Below, one piece after another: positions 34,314 through 35,759 of a DNA stretch of 35,759 nt. Position numbers and translations under genes: made by a program. Under the pieces are notes generated by a model that did no database searches, had not been told where the DNA came from, and saw nothing but the letters and a program-made list of their open reading frames with translations. Each line of letters begins with the position of its first letter. Within the stretch, counting starts at the first letter, position 1. This DNA is from Folioceros fuciformis (taxonomy: Eukaryota): the NCBI GenBank assembly GCA_049999805.1, contig JBNGIO010006119.1, positions 161,211 through 196,969 on the forward strand, written 5' to 3'.

Positions 34314-35759
34314 TCACGGTGTGACAGACAGGCATCCTCCGTCATCAAGCGAGGCTGTTCCCATCGACCGGAACTCCAGGGCAAGGTCCTCGTCGCTTCG
34401 CACGTCTCCTTCCAGGACCTTGCCCTTCAGCTCAAAGTAGCGGCTAAGTCTCTGCCGTGCGTATTCTTCGAAGTCGAAACAAATATCTGATTTGCTGGCC
34501 TGGAGCAAACGCCCACTTGTTAGTCTGTTCGACACCGTGACAGAAAGGACTACAATACAAGAAACCCAGTCAGACTTGGACTCTCTCCAACTCCTTGGAA
34601 CGACTTGACTCACAAACAGCACATGTGCGCACTTACAGAGATGATGCCCCAAAGACCCCATTGCAGGTGACTGACAAGACAGTATAATTCCGTGTCCGCT
34701 GTGAAGGTCTCGACTTCTGAGTCACTCACAGCAGCACCTGTTGTTGCCAGCGCTTTCAAGCTTGTCAATCAAAGTGTCAAATATAGATAACTACTCTGTG
34801 CAAGATCAAACTGCTCGAAACCACAAAAAATGGGTTGCATACCAGGGTCTTGGCAAGCTTGCAAATAGTGTCTCACAAACCTGCATCGTTCCTCAAAATC
34901 TGCTGGTGCTTCCAATCGTGAGCATGGGCCAGAGGGGAAGGGAAGGGCAGGGCAGGCCAGGGGAGAGAGAGCTGGGAGAAGGAGGAACCTGGATACTTGG
35001 AGAAGTCTAGCCGATGCGGGGTGTCGGTGTGGTAATTTGCAGCCATCTCGCAGAAGTGGTTTGCAATGTCAAAGGCTACAGGGTTGTAGCCAGAGTACTC
35101 ATAGTCCTGTCACAAGGCAATTGCAAGCACATGCAGATCGTTTAAGCAAGGGTCGGAGCACAGAGTAGAGGGCATGCGTAGCGGGCTTTACTATGATAGT
35201 CACAGACTCTTCCTCCTCATTCATCATAATGTTGCCATACTGGAGATCGTTATGACAGAAGCCAACGGGCCCAGGCAGCTTGGACAGCCGCAACTTTAGG
35301 GCATCAATTTCTGGACCCAGGCTTCGCAACTTGAACTCCTGAATTTGGCGCTCGGTGGCAAGCTCCACAGCCAATTGCAACCAGCTCCTGCACACGAAAA
35401 CAAGGCAACTTGTAGCGCCGAACATAAACCGAGCCGAGCCAAGTTACAAGAGCTGAGCACGACCTCAGGCGGTCCCAGAGGACGGGCACTTTGGGCCGCG
35501 GAATGTCCAAGCTATGGAATTCACTCAGTTTGGCGGCAATCCGCGCAGACACGCGCGCATCTCTCAAATCCTCCGCCGTAAGAGTCTGTTCCAGGCAATG
35601 ACACGCCTCAGTGCAACTGCCCTGCACCTCAAATGCTGGGAATGAAGGAAAATTGTTGAAACCAAATTCGCACCCACCCGAGCGTAAAGAAACTCCTCGA
35701 CACGTCCATTAGGAAAGCGCGCCAGCAGGAGAGGACCTTGCCTCCGGGCAGACATGTAC
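34314..35759 (-). CDS. Choline/ethanolamine kinase (5' part lies outside the window)
   Basis: [17 protein letters not shown], Brenner motif [45 protein letters not shown] and [10 protein letters not shown]; stop at 34314. Confidence 0.95.

Noticed and set aside
9072..35759. Nucleoside transporter, guanylate kinase, SDR and choline kinase as a metabolic gene cluster
   Set aside because: They are ordinary housekeeping families with no shared pathway or scaffold-forming enzyme, interspersed with unrelated genes. Proximity is explained by genome compactness.

Overview
Eukaryotic nuclear DNA from a land plant, gene-dense with short GT-AG introns (mostly ~70-200 bp). This style suggests a compact bryophyte or lycophyte genome such as a hornwort (inference). 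Ten spliced or single-exon genes can be modelled. On +: gamma-tubulin complex protein GCP3, a UVR-motif coiled-coil protein, DCC1 and a 54-aa membrane microprotein. On -: an equilibrative nucleoside transporter, an EMB1270-like plastid PPR protein, an ERMP1-like M28 metallopeptidase, a Tic32-like SDR, a guanylate kinase and a 5'-truncated choline/ethanolamine kinase. A ~6.5 kb accessory island (~25.7-32.2 kb) interrupts the genes. It holds an orphan ORF built from nested tandem repeats (~336-bp and 42-bp units), a complete 467-bp non-autonomous CACTA element with an ATT target-site duplication, a second CACTA terminus, probable LTR-retrotransposon debris and a hairpin cluster. There are two 100-N gaps; the second is a false gap (18-bp overlap) inside a guanylate kinase exon. 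No clearly new multi-gene system is supported. The best leads are the orphan repeat ORF, AP-4-type LFxG[ML] motifs in the coiled-coil protein, the His-rich repeat tail on guanylate kinase, and a non-canonical SDR active site.
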